DNA of 64,000 nt from a virus (taxonomy: Duplodnaviria > Caudoviricetes). The notes under the pieces were generated by a model. That model searched no databases. It saw nothing but the letters and a program-made list of their open reading frames with translations, and had not been told where the DNA came from. The translations under genes and the position numbers were made by a program. Numbering within the stretch: the stretch's first letter is position 1; each line of letters starts with the position of its first letter. Of this stretch, positions 30,799 to 39,729 are shown one piece after another. Location of the stretch: the IMG/VR virus record IMGVR_UViG_3300033475_000009, positions 26,550-90,549 of that record; one strand, given 5' to 3'.

Positions 30799-30966
30799 TT
30801 ATTTTAGATTATCTAATTCTTCTTGAACTCTATTAAGTTCATTTTCACAATTTTCTAATTCCTTAGTAAGATTTATAATAGCATCTCTCAAATTAGAATT
30901 TTCTTCTTCTAACTCTTCTATCTTATTAACAATAGAATCTACTATTTTTTGACTATCTAAATTCAT
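30799..30966 (-). CDS. Small coiled-coil protein (not in ORF track)
   Basis: Manual translation MNLDSQKIVDSIVNKIEELEEENSNLRDAIINLTKELENCENELNRVQEELDNLK*; its ATG overlaps the upstream stop. Confidence 0.6.
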   Translation of the reverse strand: MNLDSQKIVDSIVNKIEELEEENSNLRDAIINLTKELENCENELNRVQEELDNLK

Positions 30967-31475
30967 ATCTCTAGTTTATAATTATTACTAATACTAAATG
31001 TCTCTTCTATTTCATCAGGTATAGGAAATACTTCATTAATATCTTCTATCTTTACATCAAATTTATCTGCTAATGCTTTTCTATCTTCAGGAAGAGAGTT
31101 AAGAATTTTATTTAATTCTCCTTTCTTTATTTTATAAGTTTTTAATAATACTTCTTTAAACCTAGTACTAAAACTATTATACTTACCATTATAAAATAAT
31201 TTAAAGTCATCTGTATATTCATTAGGAATTTTAAATATATATACTTTGAATCCATCTACATCATAATTAGTTATATAAAATCTACTTCTACTAATAATAT
31301 TATTAGTATCAATAGAAATGTCTTTATATACTACATATATTCTTTCGTCATTATTAAATATAGTTTTATAGTATACATTATAAAAATTAGAAAATGCATT
31401 TAGATTTATATCTAACATTGGTAATAGAAAGATAGCTGATTTATTATATTGTTTATCTTTACTTTCTATAATCAT
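30963..31475 (-). CDS. Conserved crAss-like hypothetical protein
   Basis: 170 aa, SAIFLLPML..YNVY..FYNGKYNSFS; adjacent to the exonuclease. Confidence 0.55.
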   Translation of the reverse strand: MIIESKDKQYNKSAIFLLPMLDINLNAFSNFYNVYYKTIFNNDERIYVVYKDISIDTNNIISRSRFYITNYDVDGFKVYIFKIPNEYTDDFKLFYNGKYNSFSTRFKEVLLKTYKIKKGELNKILNSLPEDRKALADKFDVKIEDINEVFPIPDEIEETFSISNNYKLEI

Positions 31476-32428
31476 AAACTTATTATTTTTCTATACTCTA
31501 TATATTTTGACTTATCTAAAGTCCAATTATTACTTATAATACAATATTCTAAATCAGTTAAAGCATTAGTCCATTTATTATAGGCTATATCTTCATCTTT
31601 TGAATGTATTTCTACAAAATCTATTATATTAAAAGGATAACTAGTTCTTTGAGGTATAAATACAAATTTAATATTACTATAAGGTATAATTATTCCAAAT
31701 CTTTCTTCTATCCATGACTGTACAGCTAATTTATAGAAGCTCTGCTGTATATCATATCCATACTTCTTAATAGAATAAATAAATTCAGATAAATTATAAA
31801 CACTACAGGTTTTTAAGTCTTCTATATACACTTCAGTAAAATTAGGACTAATATAAATACAGTCGATCTTTGCTTTAAGTAGTAAATTAGTAAAATTACT
31901 TCTCCAGAAAATAATTTGTTCTCTATAAATGGACCACTCCTTATTTCTAGCCATCTCTAAAATATGATTATCTCTTTGATAAATCATTTTCATAGAATTA
32001 GCAGTACTAAACCATTCCTGAGATATTATTTGCTTACCAGAAGCTTCTAATAAAGAATTATAATAGTTTTTATATAAAGCTGCTTTAGTACCATTTTCAA
32101 AGTCTTCCTTAACCCTACTATGAGATATTTTAAATCCTGAATTAGTATAAGCTTCTTCAGGTGTCATAGTAATAAGGTATTTAATATAATCTCCCATCAT
32201 ACCACCTATCATAGATGAATCAGGTATAGAAATATATTCTCTATCTACCAAATAATTTTCATAATATACTGTATGACAGAATCTACCAAAAGACATATCT
32301 TCAGTATCTTGGTGAGGTATATTTTTATCTATATAAAGACCTTTATAAAGATATTTATCTTTAATAAAAGTTTTTATCATAGATTGACTAATTCCTTCTT
32401 CTTGATAATAATTACTCATTAGCTTCAA
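31472..32428 (-). CDS. PD-(D/E)XK exonuclease (RecE/ExoVIII-like)
   Basis: ISQSMIKTF..FGRFCH..LKAKIDC..EDLKT..YGYDIQQSFY. Confidence 0.85.
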   Translation of the reverse strand: MKLMSNYYQEEGISQSMIKTFIKDKYLYKGLYIDKNIPHQDTEDMSFGRFCHTVYYENYLVDREYISIPDSSMIGGMMGDYIKYLITMTPEEAYTNSGFKISHSRVKEDFENGTKAALYKNYYNSLLEASGKQIISQEWFSTANSMKMIYQRDNHILEMARNKEWSIYREQIIFWRSNFTNLLLKAKIDCIYISPNFTEVYIEDLKTCSVYNLSEFIYSIKKYGYDIQQSFYKLAVQSWIEERFGIIIPYSNIKFVFIPQRTSYPFNIIDFVEIHSKDEDIAYNKWTNALTDLEYCIISNNWTLDKSKYIEYRKIISL

Positions 32429-32828
32429 CTATTTCTTTAAGATCAGGTATATTTTCTTCTTCTATTGTTCTAAACTTAATACTAAGTTCCATAATATTAA
32501 AATTTAAATCTATATTATCGGTTATCTTATTCATAGGATTATAATCTATTATTATAGTAAATAAATATTTTCTATCAAAAAAGAATCTTTCTTTTATTAT
32601 AGTATAAGGATCTCCAGCTAATATAGCTGAAGCAATTCTTTTAGATTCTTTCCTGAGAATAGTTTCAAATTGACTATCCCTAAGATCTAATTTATTTTTT
32701 AATTTATCTGTAACTAATTTATTTTTAGTTACAATTATATTACTAAATAGAAGATTTATTTTCTCAGATAGGTGAGCATTAACTACTCCTTCTACTGTAA
32801 TAGGGCTTTTTGTTTCTTTATTACTCAT
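32412..32828 (-). CDS. Hypothetical protein
   Basis: 138-aa ORF in a coupled operon. Confidence 0.55.
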   Translation of the reverse strand: MSNKETKSPITVEGVVNAHLSEKINLLFSNIIVTKNKLVTDKLKNKLDLRDSQFETILRKESKRIASAILAGDPYTIIKERFFFDRKYLFTIIIDYNPMNKITDNIDLNFNIMELSIKFRTIEEENIPDLKEIVEANE

Positions 32829-33405
32829 TATATACTATTTTACTTATATGAAATTCCATCTTTTCTTTATGTCTTGGAGTAGGTATCCATTCAGTACCTC
32901 CTGAAGCTCTTATATACTCTACTGAATCATCAGGTATAATATTCTTTTTAACTAATAAATCAGTAAATACCTTAAAATAAATCGGACCTTTGTTATCAAT
33001 GTCCACCGGCATCTCGTTAGAATATATAAATAATTGCAATCTTAAAGGAAACTCGGTAATAGGTTCTATATTAATCCAATCATCTAAATGGGCTTTTATA
33101 ATGTTCATATAATTAGATCTTTGTATTGGTTTAATATAGCCATTATATATAGATTGAAAATTAATAACCCAATATCTTTCTTTACCAACTATTATAGGAT
33201 TAGAAATTATTTTTTCTTCTGTAAGTACGTTTATTAGTATACCTTGATTATTAAAAGTATAATTATTATTATTATATTTTTTTGGAAGAGACTTACCATT
33301 AATATTAAATGGTTTATATTTAGATTTTAGATAATATTTAGGTCTAATTTTTTGACTTATTGTTATCTTATCTAGATAAGGCATCTGTATTATTATCTTT
33401 TCCAT
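32821..33405 (-). CDS. RusA-like Holliday junction resolvase
   Basis: C-terminal VDIDNKG..KVFTDLLVKKNIIPDDS (DxDN...D...DD acidic pattern). Confidence 0.65.
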   Translation of the reverse strand: MEKIIIQMPYLDKITISQKIRPKYYLKSKYKPFNINGKSLPKKYNNNNYTFNNQGILINVLTEEKIISNPIIVGKERYWVINFQSIYNGYIKPIQRSNYMNIIKAHLDDWINIEPITEFPLRLQLFIYSNEMPVDIDNKGPIYFKVFTDLLVKKNIIPDDSVEYIRASGGTEWIPTPRHKEKMEFHISKIVYNE

Positions 33406-34150
33406 TATTAATCATTAAACTATTTAAAAATCCTTCTTTTACATCTACTAACCAATTATTATAATCTCTAATAGTATTAAACTTAGGTATATTAAGAGTT
33501 TTAGATATTTCAGCTTCTATAGAATCTACGAATATAGTAGGAATACTATAGTCTTTAATTAGCTTAGTTATCTTATTATAAGTTATTAACTCGTTACCTA
33601 AACATCTATTCTTACCATCTTTTATAGCTAATATATAGAAACAATCAAATTCTGGTTCTACTTTAGCTAATATACAAAGTTTAATATAATAAATATATTC
33701 TGGTTTAATACAACATAAATATATAAATCCATTATCATTACCTAAAGTATAAAAAGATAATATACCAAAAGAAGATCTATGTAATGAATTACTTAAACAA
33801 GTAATCATTTGTGATAAATATTTAAGACTAGTATAAGTATTAGCTATAAATATATTATTAGTTCTATAATTAGATAAAAAAGTATTTAAGTTAGCTTTAT
33901 TAAATTTATCTATTTCTACAAAACTACTTAAATTATAATATTTTTTATTTATAGTAATATTATTGATTACACTAGATTCAAAATAAAAAGTATCTTCTAT
34001 TAAGTTAGTAAAGTCTAATAATTTAAATACAGGATAATGTTTATTAAGATCCAAATAATAATTTAAATCTGGAAAATCTTGATTTATTTTAGAACTTATA
34101 AAACTTTTATCTATGGATATTAGCATATTGTTGTCTTGTATAGTTTTCAA
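33368..34150 (-). CDS. Hypothetical protein directly downstream of the E1 gene
   Basis: 260-aa ORF overlapping the E1 3' end; the start position is uncertain. Confidence 0.55.
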   Translation of the reverse strand: MKTIQDNNMLISIDKSFISSKINQDFPDLNYYLDLNKHYPVFKLLDFTNLIEDTFYFESSVINNITINKKYYNLSSFVEIDKFNKANLNTFLSNYRTNNIFIANTYTSLKYLSQMITCLSNSLHRSSFGILSFYTLGNDNGFIYLCCIKPEYIYYIKLCILAKVEPEFDCFYILAIKDGKNRCLGNELITYNKITKLIKDYSIPTIFVDSIEAEISKTLNIPKFNTIRDYNNWLVDVKEGFLNSLMINNGKDNNTDALSR

Positions 34151-35093
34151 ATAACATCATAGGACTATTAAATGTAGTAGCAAAAGGTATTTCTCTAATA
34201 TCTATACCTTTCATTTTATTAGCTACAAAGTTTAAAAATCCTATAGATATAATACTAGCTATCATAGTACCTGTTTGACAAGTAGCTTTAAAACTACAAG
34301 GAGCATCAGGTACTTCTATATCTTCAAATAAAGTAGTCTTATATAGTTCTGCATCAGCTTTGTTTTTAATAAAGAATACTTGCATAGATTCAATATTCAT
34401 TCTACTATCAATGAAAATATTTATTTCATTAGGATTTGCTTCTCTATATTCAGGTGTTTTAGATAACTGATAAGAATACCATTTATCAAATAATATTTTT
34501 CTAGCATTCATATTATCAAAGCAACTAAATACAATATTATCTATAGGAGAATCTTCATCAAATCTACCTAAAGCAGTATAAGTACTATTACCATATTCTA
34601 AAGCAATTTCTTTAGCTTTCTGAGCTTTATTCTTACCTATATCTTTTATACCATACATTTGACTCAAATGTATAAACATATATACTTTCATATATAACTG
34701 GACTATACCTTAATCCTATAAGGATTCCCATTGGTAGTCTCTGAGAGCTTATCCTTTTTATAAGAATCTATCTCTGCTGATTGTCCAATCTTTTAAATTT
34801 TTAGATATTTTATACATTACTATATAAAATTACTATTAAAAGCTCTAAGGAGTTTCCAGCATATTCTGGGTTTGCTAATTAAATCACTTTAATTAGGGGC
34901 AGTCAACTTTACCCACATTAACAGTATCAATAGTATCAAAGTCATATAAATAAGTATCATATCCTTGTCTACTTAGTATATAAGATAGATGGCTACCTAT
35001 TCCTCCTAGTCCTGCTATAATAACTGATAAATTAGGATTAAAAAAAGGAGCGTCTTTAAAACGCTCCTGTGTTTGTTTAGCTTTTATTTCCAT
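34107..35093 (-). CDS. ThiF/MoeB/E1-like adenylyltransferase, spliced (exon1 35093-34911, exon2 34664-34107; 246 aa)
   Basis: Exon1 has AGLGGIGS and DFDTIDTVNVG. Exon2 has SQMYGIKDIGKNK, CFDNMNARK and DAPCS. The exons join in frame (183+558 nt) after removal of the group I intron. Confidence 0.9.
34665..34910 (-). mobile_element. Group I self-splicing intron (246 nt, no ORF) in the E1 gene
   Basis: 5' exon ends ..GGGU and pairs with IGS GCCC (U.G). P10 UUGACU pairs with 3' exon AGUCAA. P AUAUGCUGGAAA, Q AAUCAGCAG, R UCAGAGACUAC, S AAGGUAUAGUCC. P9 has a GAAA tetraloop; terminal G at 34665. Confidence 0.93.
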
Positions 35094-36205
35094 TCTTCTG
35101 TAATTTCTTGTTTAATTACATCTATTGTATCTTTAATAATGTCTTTAATAGCTACTTCACTTGGATGTTCTCCCATCATTATTTGAATATGATTTCTAAT
35201 TTCAAATAATTCAGTAGGGGTAGTATTTTCTCCAAATATTTTATAAAAAACATCTTCAGCAATAGCTTCTATATATTCTTTATATTGCTCTATTACTGAC
35301 ATACCTATTTCTTCATTCCAACTATCTTTAGCTTGAGAAAGTGTTAATAACTCACACTCTACACAATCTTCATCCTGCATAATTAAACTAATTAGAAAGT
35401 CAGCAGATTTGCCTTTAAGATCTCTCTTTTTACCATTATAAGTATCATATTTATTTAAAGATTTATTAAAGGATTGTTGATTTTGTGAAACTTGCCATTT
35501 ATAATTAGGTTGATAAGAAGTATTATAATTCAAATTTAAACTTAGTTGTTTAGCTTCTTCTTTAGCTATCTTAGCTTGAGTAAGTTTATTAAATTCTTCA
35601 TCTACGTCATTCTGTATATTTATAATACAATCATAGGTATAGATCACTTCTACTTTCTCTACTACAGCTACTTTCTCTACATACCCTTTTTTGAATTTAT
35701 AGCTATATTTAACGTTACCTTCTTTGAAACCATGTAAAGATACTTTAGCTATACAATCTCCTTGTATATTCACTATAACTGATAAAAAATAAGGATAATC
35801 CTGAGCTTTCTCTAATAGAGTATCCCAATCTGTGCCAGAAAAGAATACCTTCATATTATTGTGAGTATGTAGTAAACCTTGTTTTAATTCCATTAACTGA
35901 GGTCTTTTATCAAACATTTCTACTACTTGCTCTCCTGTAGGATCTATTTCTGTAAAAGCTGCTGTTCCTAAATCCATTAATACAAATTCTTCTACATTAA
36001 GAATTAAATTATCAGGATCTTCTATACTGCCTTCAGGTCTAAAGTATATATAACCTGAATACTCTTCTTTATACTTAGCATGTAAGTAATGAATATCAGA
36101 CCATATTTTCTGAGGTATATTAACTTTAATCTTTTCACTACATTCAATTTTGTTCTTTGTCGATGTAGTAGTCATAGACTCTGAAAAGGATGTATTTTTT
36201 TGCAT
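35084..36205 (-). CDS. JAB/MPN+ (JAMM) metalloprotease, deubiquitinase-like
   Basis: EYSG...HTHNNMKVFFSGTD = exact HxH-x7-S-x2-D motif, followed by a low-complexity linker and an acidic C-terminal domain. Confidence 0.9.
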   Translation of the reverse strand: MQKNTSFSESMTTTSTKNKIECSEKIKVNIPQKIWSDIHYLHAKYKEEYSGYIYFRPEGSIEDPDNLILNVEEFVLMDLGTAAFTEIDPTGEQVVEMFDKRPQLMELKQGLLHTHNNMKVFFSGTDWDTLLEKAQDYPYFLSVIVNIQGDCIAKVSLHGFKEGNVKYSYKFKKGYVEKVAVVEKVEVIYTYDCIINIQNDVDEEFNKLTQAKIAKEEAKQLSLNLNYNTSYQPNYKWQVSQNQQSFNKSLNKYDTYNGKKRDLKGKSADFLISLIMQDEDCVECELLTLSQAKDSWNEEIGMSVIEQYKEYIEAIAEDVFYKIFGENTTPTELFEIRNHIQIMMGEHPSEVAIKDIIKDTIDVIKQEITEEWK

Positions 36206-37619
36206 ATTCTGTTATATTAGGATGTACTACTTTTTTAAAATTAGTATTTTCACTACTAACTATATTTTCTATTTCTAAAAAAACTTTCTTATTACCTAAA
36301 GTACATAAAGGTTTTATATATTCAGATTCTAAAGGCTCTATATTATTATTAAGTTTAAAATATTGATTAAGCTCTGTATCTTTATAACAAAACTGTTTAT
36401 ATATAGTAGGGAAATTTAAAGCTAACTCAGTAATAGAATCTTCTAATAAATTAAAATCTAAACTAAAGTTATTATTAATCTTATCAAAAGTTAAGTTAAT
36501 ATTAACTTCATTATTAGCTATAGCTTCTGAAATTATTTTCTTTCCATTATTTTCTATACTATAATTATCTATAGATCTTTTTACTAATAATTGATCTATT
36601 CTTCTATGAGGACCACCTTCTATTGATTCCCAGCCTACATATATAGATAAAGTAGCAAAGAATATTTCATAATCTATTATATTATAATCTCTATATAACT
36701 TTCCTTTTAACTCTACTAATGGGCCTGATCCTAAACAGAAAGTATTTATAGAAAAATCATTATTATTAGGTAAATGAGAATGATGGTATTTATTATGTTT
36801 TTCTATATTAGTAAGCTTACTTCTAAAACCAAATGGACCTCTTAGTAATTTACCTTGTGTATTAATAGTAATACCTACATATAAATCTTTTATTGTATGG
36901 TTAATTTTATCGGCATTAGTAATATTTATTTCTGGAAATTTAATAATTAAAACTAGTGGAGCATTAAAGAAATCTAATTCACTATAATAAGTTCTTCTAG
37001 TTTGGCAATTTAAATCAAAAGTTTCACTAGTATTCTGTAACCACCAATTACCTGGATAGAATTTATCTATAGATTCTTTAAATTCTTTATAAAAAGATAA
37101 AGATTCAATATCTATCTTATTATATTTTCTTCTTTGCCATACACCATTAATTATAGCAAATCCATTAGAGAGAGCTACTTCTGTATTTATAAAATAATAT
37201 ACAACTTCTCCCTCTTCTACTATTTTTATTAGATTTTTTGTATCATCTGCTACACTTACTGTATCTTCAGAATCTATATACGCCTCTACTATTCTATGAA
37301 TATCTTCATATCTATTATTATAACTAACATAATAATATTCATATCTAGAAACCCAATAATTTCTATGGCTTACAAATTCATATTCTGAACTAGCTTCTAC
37401 AAAACTACCATCTCTTAATTGTATAAGATCTTTAGCTACACTTTCTTCTACTTCAATAGTATTATTTTCTATATATTCTATTTCTATTTCTTCTGTATCT
37501 TCATTAATATTCTCTTGATCTGAAATAGTACCATTAATCATTAAAGACATTAACTCAGATTCATTCTGTAAAGCTTGTCTTTCCTGTTCTGTTAATTGAG
37601 TTCTTCTTACTATATCCAT
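36144..37619 (-). CDS. Prokaryotic E2 (UBC)-like conjugating enzyme with acidic N-terminal extension
   Basis: IIKFPEINITN..HTIKDLYV..YHHSHLP..FCLGSG (candidate catalytic Cys at 36735-36737)..YVGWESIEGGP. Confidence 0.7.
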   Translation of the reverse strand: MDIVRRTQLTEQERQALQNESELMSLMINGTISDQENINEDTEEIEIEYIENNTIEVEESVAKDLIQLRDGSFVEASSEYEFVSHRNYWVSRYEYYYVSYNNRYEDIHRIVEAYIDSEDTVSVADDTKNLIKIVEEGEVVYYFINTEVALSNGFAIINGVWQRRKYNKIDIESLSFYKEFKESIDKFYPGNWWLQNTSETFDLNCQTRRTYYSELDFFNAPLVLIIKFPEINITNADKINHTIKDLYVGITINTQGKLLRGPFGFRSKLTNIEKHNKYHHSHLPNNNDFSINTFCLGSGPLVELKGKLYRDYNIIDYEIFFATLSIYVGWESIEGGPHRRIDQLLVKRSIDNYSIENNGKKIISEAIANNEVNINLTFDKINNNFSLDFNLLEDSITELALNFPTIYKQFCYKDTELNQYFKLNNNIEPLESEYIKPLCTLGNKKVFLEIENIVSSENTNFKKVVHPNITEYAKKYILFRVYDYYIDKEQN

Positions 37620-37629
37620 AAGATAAAAT

Positions 37630-37657
37630 AGGTAGTATTAGTTATCTAATACTACCT
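37630..37657 (-). terminator. Intrinsic terminator-like hairpin between the Ubl and E2 genes
   Basis: 12-bp perfect stem AGGTAGTATTAG-ataa-CTAATACTACCT followed by ATTTT on the - strand. Confidence 0.7.
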
Positions 37658-37669
37658 TTAAAGTTTAAT

Positions 37670-38386
37670 TTATAAACCTAATTTCTTAAAATCCTTAGCC
37701 AGATCTTCTTCTGATAGAAGTTTAGATTCACTAGGTAAAATGGTTTTACCTTCTTCTATATTAGTTATAACTTTTGTTTTAGCTAATTTAGCTTCTTCTT
37801 TAGTCATTTTCTGCTTAGGAAATACATTATTAAGCACTTCAGAGAATCCTTCAAGCAAAGTACCTAGTGTACTTTCAAGAGCTTCTATTCTTTCTAGTAG
37901 ATCAGGAGTATTTTCTTTAACAGATTTTTCTACTTTCTCCTTAATTTCTTTTCTCTTTTCTTTAGCTACTTTAGAAGTACCTTTAACTTCTGATAAGCCT
38001 GTATACTTAGTAAGAATAGCAATTAGATCTTTAGTTTTAGGATTACTACCAATAGCAGGAATATCAGGATTAGTTTCTCTAAGTTTAGCTACTTCTTTTC
38101 TAAGTTCATTATACTTTAAGTTTTCAAAGTCTTTAGTAGCTCCAGATTTCATTTTATCTTGTACTAGATAAATTACTTGATTACCTTCTGGTACTAAAGC
38201 ATCGGGTAACTGAAGAATTCCTTTAGTTGATCTAAGAACAGCTTTTCTATTATGAAGACTCATATCTGCTTCTTCAATTAGAGGTATGATATCTGACCAT
38301 TTAGTAGCTCCTGTTTCAACCGTAATAGTTTCTCCAGTTACTCCATCATAGATTTGTACTGTTCTTATAGTTTGTAATTGTGACAT
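37670..38386 (-). CDS. Ubiquitin-like (beta-grasp) domain ending in KMKSG82, fused to a SAP/HeH-like motif and a coiled-coil tail
   Basis: RTVQIYD..TITVETGATKWSDII..KAVLR..DALVPEGNQVIYLVQDKMKSG fits a beta-grasp pattern. It is followed by LKYNELRKEVAKL..GSNPKTKDLIAIL. Context is E2/JAB/E1. Confidence 0.65.
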   Translation of the reverse strand: MSQLQTIRTVQIYDGVTGETITVETGATKWSDIIPLIEEADMSLHNRKAVLRSTKGILQLPDALVPEGNQVIYLVQDKMKSGATKDFENLKYNELRKEVAKLRETNPDIPAIGSNPKTKDLIAILTKYTGLSEVKGTSKVAKEKRKEIKEKVEKSVKENTPDLLERIEALESTLGTLLEGFSEVLNNVFPKQKMTKEEAKLAKTKVITNIEEGKTILPSESKLLSEEDLAKDFKKLGL

Positions 38387-38411
38387 TTTATTATATTATT
38401 TTAGGTTAAAA

Positions 38412-39050
38412 TTATTCTACTGTATATTTAACTCCTTTATAAACTAGCCAAGATATGGTGTTTATATTTACCGGTCTTATTGCCTTAGATAGATCATTAG
38501 TATCAGTTACTAAGTCCATATCTATACAATTATATTTACCATCTCTAGAAGAGAATTGTACCTTATATCCTCTAAGTATTCTTTCTTCTCCTAATTCAAT
38601 AGGTAGAATAGGATTAGCTTGAATTTCTTGAATAACTTTCTTAGCTTCTTCTGCTACACCTTTCTTAGACTTAGCAGCAGATTCTATTTTACCCACTGCT
38701 TCTAATATTTGAGCGTCTCTAAGCTCCTTTAGTTTCTTAGTACTAAGCGGAGTATCTTGTTTTCTAAAGCATACAGTAAATACTTGACTATCATAAATTT
38801 CTTCAAATAAACTTCTTATGCCTTTTTTAGTACCATCTTTACTATCTTCTTTAGTTACTTTTTCTTCAGAAAAATATTGATCAGCTGTAGTTAATAGATC
38901 AGATACATATTTTTCATCTAAAGAGATAGTATTACCTGATTCAAGATGCTCAAATTTATAAGCTTTACCATCTATTTTAGTAAATTTATAATGACTTACT
39001 TCACTAAATATATCTCCAGCTTTAATATCTTTTACTTTATTAGAATTCAT
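38412..39050 (-). CDS. Conserved crAss-like hypothetical protein
   Basis: 212 aa, FSEVSHY..VFTVCFRKQ..ERILRGYK..RPVNINTISWLVYKGVKY. Confidence 0.6.
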   Translation of the reverse strand: MNSNKVKDIKAGDIFSEVSHYKFTKIDGKAYKFEHLESGNTISLDEKYVSDLLTTADQYFSEEKVTKEDSKDGTKKGIRSLFEEIYDSQVFTVCFRKQDTPLSTKKLKELRDAQILEAVGKIESAAKSKKGVAEEAKKVIQEIQANPILPIELGEERILRGYKVQFSSRDGKYNCIDMDLVTDTNDLSKAIRPVNINTISWLVYKGVKYTVE

Positions 39051-39729
39051 TATCTATTGATTTAGTATAAAAATTATTTGTTAATGTATCTACACTTACT
39101 CCTATAGAGACAGATTTAGAATATAACATAGTAGAAGCAGTTCTATATTTGGCTACTCTTTCTATATCTTCAGCTGTGTTATTATGTGCTAAAATATTAG
39201 ATTCTGGAATACCTATATTAATTAATCTAAACTTATCTTGCTCTGTACAGTTAAATGTAATAGTCCACTTATTTACATTAATTAATTTATCAATATAAGT
39301 AGCTATCTTACTAGAACCATATTTACCGCTACCTCTTTCTGTATCATCACCATCAGTAAATATTTTAACTAAAACTCTTTCCCCTTCTTTTATCATAGGT
39401 TCTAGTTCTTCAAACAGTTTACCCATTGAATTATACAATGGAGTACCTCCTGAAGCTAGAATAGGTCTAAAGGACTTTAGCTCTTTATCTACAAACATAT
39501 GTCTTGTAAATCTGCTACTATCAAATTCTACTAATGTATATAGGAAATCACTGTTAGTATCTTTAGATAGTATATCTAACTCTTCTCTAATAGATTTAAT
39601 AGCACTATCATACTTACTTCCAGCCATACTACCACTAGCATCAGTCAGGATAATATTATGTATAATAGGCTTAGTAGAACTATTAGGTTTATTAGTTTTA
39701 TTTTCTTTATTGATTTGATCTACTCTCAT
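39040..39729 (-). CDS. von Willebrand factor A (vWA) domain protein
   Basis: MIDAS motif ILTDASGSM..GGTPLY..IFTDGDD. Confidence 0.85.
   Translation of the reverse strand: MRVDQINKENKTNKPNSSTKPIIHNIILTDASGSMAGSKYDSAIKSIREELDILSKDTNSDFLYTLVEFDSSRFTRHMFVDKELKSFRPILASGGTPLYNSMGKLFEELEPMIKEGERVLVKIFTDGDDTERGSGKYGSSKIATYIDKLINVNKWTITFNCTEQDKFRLINIGIPESNILAHNNTAEDIERVAKYRTASTMLYSKSVSIGVSVDTLTNNFYTKSIDNEF

Noticed and set aside
34665-34691. ORF-track start MKVYMFIHL for a separate 194-aa protein, and the 66-aa ORF 34893..35093
   Set aside because: These are the two exons of one E1 gene; the extra residues are intron sequence.
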